A stretch of DNA of 29,074 nucleotides, from contig NZ_JACJSC010000008.1 in NCBI RefSeq assembly GCF_014697575.1, forward strand, positions 1-29,074, written 5' to 3'. Of the stretch, positions 18,598 to 29,074 are shown in pieces; the first letter of the stretch is position 1, and each line of letters opens with the position of its first letter. The translations under genes and the position numbers were made by a program. The stretch is from Planktothrix sp. FACHB-1365. Lineage in GTDB: Bacteria > Cyanobacteriota > Cyanobacteriia > Cyanobacteriales > Microcoleaceae. Below the pieces are notes generated by a model. That model had not been told where the DNA came from. It did not search any database and saw only the letters and a program-made list of their open reading frames with translations.

Positions 18598-19119
18598 ATG
18601 AAAGTAGGAATTGTTTGTGGCTATGGTAATATTGTAGACGATAACCTGACTGATTATCTTGATTTTGTAATTAGCCATATAAAGGAGGAAAAAATTGATC
18701 AATTAATCCTGAGTGGTGGATGTAGTTTTACAAAATCCCCTATTTCTGAAGCTCAATTAATGAAGCAACTAATCACCAATAAAATATCAGATATAGATTT
18801 ATTTTTAGAAGAAAAATCTTTAACTACTTTACACAATTTATTATATTCAAAGGAATTTTTAGATAATCTTGAAAATAACCAAATTCAAGCTATTTATATA
18901 TACTGTGATCAAGTTCGTTATTTTAAAATAAATTGTTTGGCTAAAATTATTTTTAGAGATTACCCTATAAAAGTTATTAAATCACAAAGAAAAGAAAACA
19001 TCCTGATTTATTCAGCACAAATTCCATCTCTATTCATTCAATGCTTGGGAGCAATTTTTCCTAATATTGAAAAAAAAATTCTGATTAACAAGAAAAAATG
19101 GATTCAAAAATACAGATAG
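18598..19119 (+). CDS. DUF218 (YdcF/SanA/ElyC-family) protein, extremely AT-rich
   Basis: LILSGGCSFTKSPISEAQLMKQLI...LFLEEKSLTTLHN matches the DUF218 core pattern SGG...SEA..M...LE..S.NT..N. The gene lies 19 nt downstream of the TPR gene on the same strand. Its Lys/Ile/Asn-rich composition is far more AT-biased than its neighbours. Confidence 0.5.
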   Translation: MKVGIVCGYGNIVDDNLTDYLDFVISHIKEEKIDQLILSGGCSFTKSPISEAQLMKQLITNKISDIDLFLEEKSLTTLHNLLYSKEFLDNLENNQIQAIYIYCDQVRYFKINCLAKIIFRDYPIKVIKSQRKENILIYSAQIPSLFIQCLGAIFPNIEKKILINKKKWIQKYR

Positions 19120-19251
19120 GAGTAATAACTCCCAAGTACAGCTTGTGTTAGTGTTGTCGGTATAGAATCGGGGGAAAAGAACACACCAATGAACTGCGGA
19201 ATGTGATCTATATTATGATAACTTTGATTCTGATCTCAATCGAATTTAGTT

Positions 19252-19842
19252 ATGACTCATTCCAATGATATTGTCTCCTTAGCGAAATTAATGGCGGCGG
19301 ACTTCAGCAACCAAGCGCAAGCCTTTGAAAACCCGCCTTTTTTTGCCCACATTCGGGTTTGTATGCGTCCTTTGCCTGTAACATTATTAGATGGGGTCAG
19401 CTTGTATTTAGAACAAGCCTATGATATTAACTTAAAACAACCCTATCGGGTGCGGGTGTTGAAATTAGTTCCGGTGGAAAATCATATTGAAATCGAAAAT
19501 TATGTGATCGAAAATGAACAGGAATTTTATGGTGGATCTCGTGAACCTGAAAGACTTCAAGGGTTAACAAAAGACCGTTTGAAAAAAATGGAAAAATGCT
19601 CTTTTATTACCCATTGGACAGGACATAGTTTTAAAGGAGAAGTCGAACCCGGTAAAGGATGTATAGTCGAACGTAAAGGAAACGTCACCTACCTGGCGAG
19701 TGAATTTGAAATTGATGAACACCATTTTATTAGTCACGACCGGGGACACGACCCAGAAACCGATGAACAACTGTGGGGTGCTTTAGCAGGGCCATTTCAA
19801 TTCGTGCGCTGGACAAGTTTTGCGGACGAGGTAAAAATTTGA
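19252..19842 (+). CDS. cpcT: Phycobiliprotein chromophore lyase CpcT/CpeT
   Basis: The N-terminus LAKLMAADFSNQAQAFENPPFFAHIRVCMRPLP is the conserved CpcT/CpeT (DUF1001) signature. The 196-aa length is typical. Confidence 0.9.
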   Translation: MTHSNDIVSLAKLMAADFSNQAQAFENPPFFAHIRVCMRPLPVTLLDGVSLYLEQAYDINLKQPYRVRVLKLVPVENHIEIENYVIENEQEFYGGSREPERLQGLTKDRLKKMEKCSFITHWTGHSFKGEVEPGKGCIVERKGNVTYLASEFEIDEHHFISHDRGHDPETDEQLWGALAGPFQFVRWTSFADEVKI

Positions 19843-19858
19843 TCCCCTTTCCTGATAA

Positions 19859-21058
<1,200 letters not shown>

Positions 21059-21071
21059 TTGAGGGTTATGT

Positions 21072-21119
21072 TTACTGTAGAGAAAGGTTAGGTTCTCTAC
21101 AGTAAGCTTTGGGTTTTGT
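21072..21119 (+). terminator. Rho-independent terminator after sqdB
   Basis: A 13-bp stem, TTACTGTAGAGAA (21072-21084) and TTCTCTACAGTAA (21093-21105), flanks an 8-nt loop. GCTTTGGGTTTTGT follows. Confidence 0.65.
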
Positions 21120-21153
21120 AAAGTGTTATGATATATAGCCAGGAGGTATAATA

Positions 21154-22932
21154 ATGGATGTTGTCAAAGTCTTAAGCTTAAAAAATCAGCTAATTAATAT
21201 CGTAGAAAAAATACAATTATCTCTTAGCAGTTCTGAACTTGACTCTTCTAATAGTTTGCAATTTATACAAGAAATTAAATCAGATTTAAAAGCTATAAAC
21301 ACTAAAATCAACGACGAAAAAAGAAATCATTCAGTTTTTGGTGCGCTTGATCAGTTATCGTTCATGGATGCTAATCAAGATACTGCAAAAAAAGAGAAAA
21401 TTCAATATACTAAACGCCTAGATTTAATGAATCAGATTGCTATTGATAGCGGGTTGTTATTGAATCTTGTTGAGTTACTAGAATATTACTTTGATTCTGA
21501 ACAATATCCCGTGATTAAAAATGCTCTTCGCTATTTAGTCGATATTATTTTAATTGAATTAAAGAACTGGACAGATGAGAACGATAGTACAGAATTTATA
21601 GAAAAATATGATTGGAGTCGGTTAATTGATGCTTTAATGCAGTTTGAACAATCCCTTAATTTAACCTCTGCTAATCCTTTAATTACTCAATCTGAAATTA
21701 ATATTAATTCAATTTTTGATAATTTACAAACTTACCGCTTGCGTTTAAATGAACAGTATGAGGAATTAATTCAAAGTTCCCTTGAGTTACAGCGTCAGCA
21801 AGAAGCAGAATTACAGCGTCAGCAAGAATTAGAATTACAACGCCAGCAAGAATTAGAATTACAACGTCAACAACAGGAAGAATTACAACGCCAGCAAGAA
21901 TTAGAATTACAACGTCAACAACAGGAAGAATTACAACGTCAACGGGAATTAGAATTAAAGCGTCAACAACAGGAAGAATTAAAACGCCAGCAAGAATTAG
22001 AATTACAACGTCAACAACAGGAAGAATTGCAGCGTCAGCAGGAATTAGAATTACAGCGTCAACGGGAAGAAGAATTACAACGTCAACAAGAAGCAGAATT
22101 AAAGCGTCAACAGGAAGCGGAATTACAACGTCAACAGGAAGCGGAATTACAACGTCAGCAACAGGAAGAATTACAACGTCAACAAGAAGCAGAATTAAAG
22201 CGTCAACGGGAAGAAGAATTACAACGTCAACAAGAAGCAGAATTAAAGCGTCAACGGGAAGAAGAATTACAACGTCAGCAACAGGAAGAATTGCGACATC
22301 AACGCGAAGCTGAATTAAAACAGAAAAAGGAAAAAGAAATTCGTCAGTTCATAATTATTGTGGCTGGTGTAATCTTATTAGGAGGAGTTGGACTGTTAAT
22401 TTTTAATCCTTTTAAGTCTAAGCAAGAAAATCCAAATCTTTTGACCCCAGAAACTCCTCAAAGTCGTTTAGATACGGCTGAAAAGTTAGCAGTAGAAGCA
22501 TCCAAACTCATTGAAAATCCTCCCCATCCTTTAACGGTTTGGCAACAAGCTCAAACTCAATTGCAAGATGCTATTCAGCTATTAGAAGCAATACCTAAAA
22601 ATTATTCTGACTCTGAAAAAATAAACCAAAAATTACAAATTTATCAAAAAGATTATAACTCCATTAGCCAAATTTTAAATAAAGAACAAAAGGCAACAAA
22701 TGATTTAGAATCTGCTAAAAAACTTGCTATGGAAGCATCGGTTATGCTGCAAAATCCTCCAGAATCTTTGAGTGTTTGGCAGGAAGCAGAACAAAAATGG
22801 AAACAATCTATTAATTTACTTGAATCTATTCCTAAAGATTCTTTTATTTATCCTGAAAGTCAAGATCGACTAAAAATTTATCGAACAAATCATGAAGCAG
22901 TAGCCCAAAGAAAACAGCAGAAAAATCAATAA
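21154..22932 (+). CDS. Membrane protein with a long (ELQRQQ(Q)E(E))n coiled-coil repeat and a duplicated C-terminal ~55-aa motif
   Basis: The 592-aa product has a globular N-terminal ~210 aa. About 180 aa of ELQRQQE/ELKRQRE repeats follow, then a TM helix IIIVAGVILLGGVGLLIF. The C-terminal region has two copies of the motif A.KLA.EAS.L..NPP..L.VWQ.A...W..AI.LLE.IPK. Confidence 0.8.
   Translation: MDVVKVLSLKNQLINIVEKIQLSLSSSELDSSNSLQFIQEIKSDLKAINTKINDEKRNHSVFGALDQLSFMDANQDTAKKEKIQYTKRLDLMNQIAIDSGLLLNLVELLEYYFDSEQYPVIKNALRYLVDIILIELKNWTDENDSTEFIEKYDWSRLIDALMQFEQSLNLTSANPLITQSEININSIFDNLQTYRLRLNEQYEELIQSSLELQRQQEAELQRQQELELQRQQELELQRQQQEELQRQQELELQRQQQEELQRQRELELKRQQQEELKRQQELELQRQQQEELQRQQELELQRQREEELQRQQEAELKRQQEAELQRQQEAELQRQQQEELQRQQEAELKRQREEELQRQQEAELKRQREEELQRQQQEELRHQREAELKQKKEKEIRQFIIIVAGVILLGGVGLLIFNPFKSKQENPNLLTPETPQSRLDTAEKLAVEASKLIENPPHPLTVWQQAQTQLQDAIQLLEAIPKNYSDSEKINQKLQIYQKDYNSISQILNKEQKATNDLESAKKLAMEASVMLQNPPESLSVWQEAEQKWKQSINLLESIPKDSFIYPESQDRLKIYRTNHEAVAQRKQQKNQ
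21790..22320 (+). repeat. In-frame tandem DNA repeat of 24- and 27-nt units (gaattacaacgtcaacaagaagca and gaattacaacgtcaacaacaggaagaa variants), more than 20 units
   Basis: The periodic sequence is directly visible. It encodes the ELQRQQEA/ELQRQQQEE peptide repeats of the 21154-22932 gene. Confidence 0.9.
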
Positions 22933-23026
22933 TCAGACCCTATTAACCCTCACAGGGATTCCTTTTTCCGTTCAGAAAACTTTTTTTTGAGCTTCTGTAT
23001 TTTCATTTTTGAATTTAGGATTATAA

Positions 23027-28106
<5,080 letters not shown>

Positions 28107-28345
28107 AAAAATATTCTTTATTTATTGCTTGAGAATTGTTAGTAATAACCATAGTGACAGCTAGGAGAATAGCTGAATTAGGATTTTACCACTTCTGCGC
28201 GATCTTGGAGCAATGCCTCTTAAAATACTTAATCTTCTATTATAATATCAAGCTTAATCAGGTATATTGTAGAATGACTCGAAATAAGTAGTCAGAGCAT
28301 GACCAAGTATCTACTTGCCGTTAAATCAACATTCCTTAATAAATT

Positions 28346-29074
28346 ATGACTATCACAGTCAATGTTCCAGAAGTACAAACTGAAACAAAACCAACTTTGA
28401 ACACTTTACTGTTAATTCCCCTAGCAGTATTTATGTTGTCTCTAGCACCAATATTTATCAGAGTCAGCGAACAAGAAATTAGTCCTAATGCTACAGTCTT
28501 TAATCGGTTTTTGATTTCCACTGTCATCCTTGGGGTTTGGGAGATCATCACAATTATCAGTAGTAAAGTATCCCAGAAACCCCCTAAACCCCAGGAGTCT
28601 TGGACTCTTCAGGATATAGGATTATTTGTACTAGCTGCGGGTTTTGGTGCGGCTAACTTAACGGCTTGGGCTTGGTCTTTAACTCAAACCAATATTGCTA
28701 ATTCCAATTTATTGCATAATTTCACCCCATTCTTTGCCACTTTAGGCGGTTGGCTGTTTTTAAAACACAGGTTTGACAGCAAATTTATTATGGGTTTGAT
28801 TTTAGCTTCAGTCGGTGCGTTAACTATTGGTTTTGAAGATTTTAACTTAACGAGCACTCATTTTAGAGGAGATGCGATCGCTTTACTTTCATCTGTATTT
28901 TATGCGGGCAATGCTCTGTGTGCAGAAAAACTACGAGCTAAGTTTTCGGCAACAACTATCATATTATGGAGTTGTTTGTTCAGAACTCTTTGGCTGTTAC
29001 CCATAACTTTGATTTTTGATGATCAAGTTTTTCCTATTTCCGTGAATGGATGGTTAGCCGTAATTTCCCTCGCC
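28346..29074 (+). CDS. EamA/DMT-family transporter, 3'-truncated at the window end
   Basis: The ATG at 28346 opens an ORF that continues to the window end (243 aa seen). Multiple TM helices and EamA-like segments are visible (LSLAPIFIRV, LGGWLFLKHRF). It is divergent from the PKS gene, with a 240-bp shared upstream region. Confidence 0.7.
   Translation, partial: MTITVNVPEVQTETKPTLNTLLLIPLAVFMLSLAPIFIRVSEQEISPNATVFNRFLISTVILGVWEIITIISSKVSQKPPKPQESWTLQDIGLFVLAAGFGAANLTAWAWSLTQTNIANSNLLHNFTPFFATLGGWLFLKHRFDSKFIMGLILASVGALTIGFEDFNLTSTHFRGDAIALLSSVFYAGNALCAEKLRAKFSATTIILWSCLFRTLWLLPITLIFDDQVFPISVNGWLAVISLA

Noticed and set aside
19564-19770. 68-aa minus-strand ORF
   Set aside because: It is antisense within cpcT.
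28336-28551. 71-aa minus-strand ORF
   Set aside because: It is antisense to the N-terminus of the EamA transporter gene, which has clear TM-helix coding character on the + strand.

Overview
This 29 kb window is AT-rich and carries about a dozen HIP1 octamers (GCGATCGC) plus an STRR-like heptamer array, so it is most likely chromosomal DNA from a cyanobacterium. I could not assign a genus. Housekeeping genes are interspersed with accessory content. The housekeeping set comprises an OvoA/EgtB-like sulfoxide synthase N-terminus (truncated at the window edge), a DUF1232 membrane protein, a DUF62 SAM hydroxide adenosyltransferase, rtcB, cpcT and sqdB. Two accessory regions stand out. The first (about 7.8-19.1 kb) is a low-GC island with three paralogous HTH-NB-ARC (STAND) NTPase genes. 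In each, the C-terminal repeat partner is a separate ORF: a TPR protein twice, and a membrane Hanks Ser/Thr kinase-TPR protein once. The island also holds an M23-peptidase/RTX calcium-binding secreted protein and a DUF218 gene. The second (23.1-28.1 kb) is an orphan single-module type I PKS with the architecture KS-AT-ACP-luciferase-like monooxygenase-thioesterase. It lies divergently next to an EamA/DMT transporter. A degenerate copy of the sqdB 3' end flanks the PKS and a (ELQRQQ)n coiled-coil membrane protein gene, which looks like an insertion footprint. Several hairpin terminators, palindromic operator-like sites and short tandem repeats are also visible. All calls come from reading the translations and the sequence by eye. 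No database search was possible.
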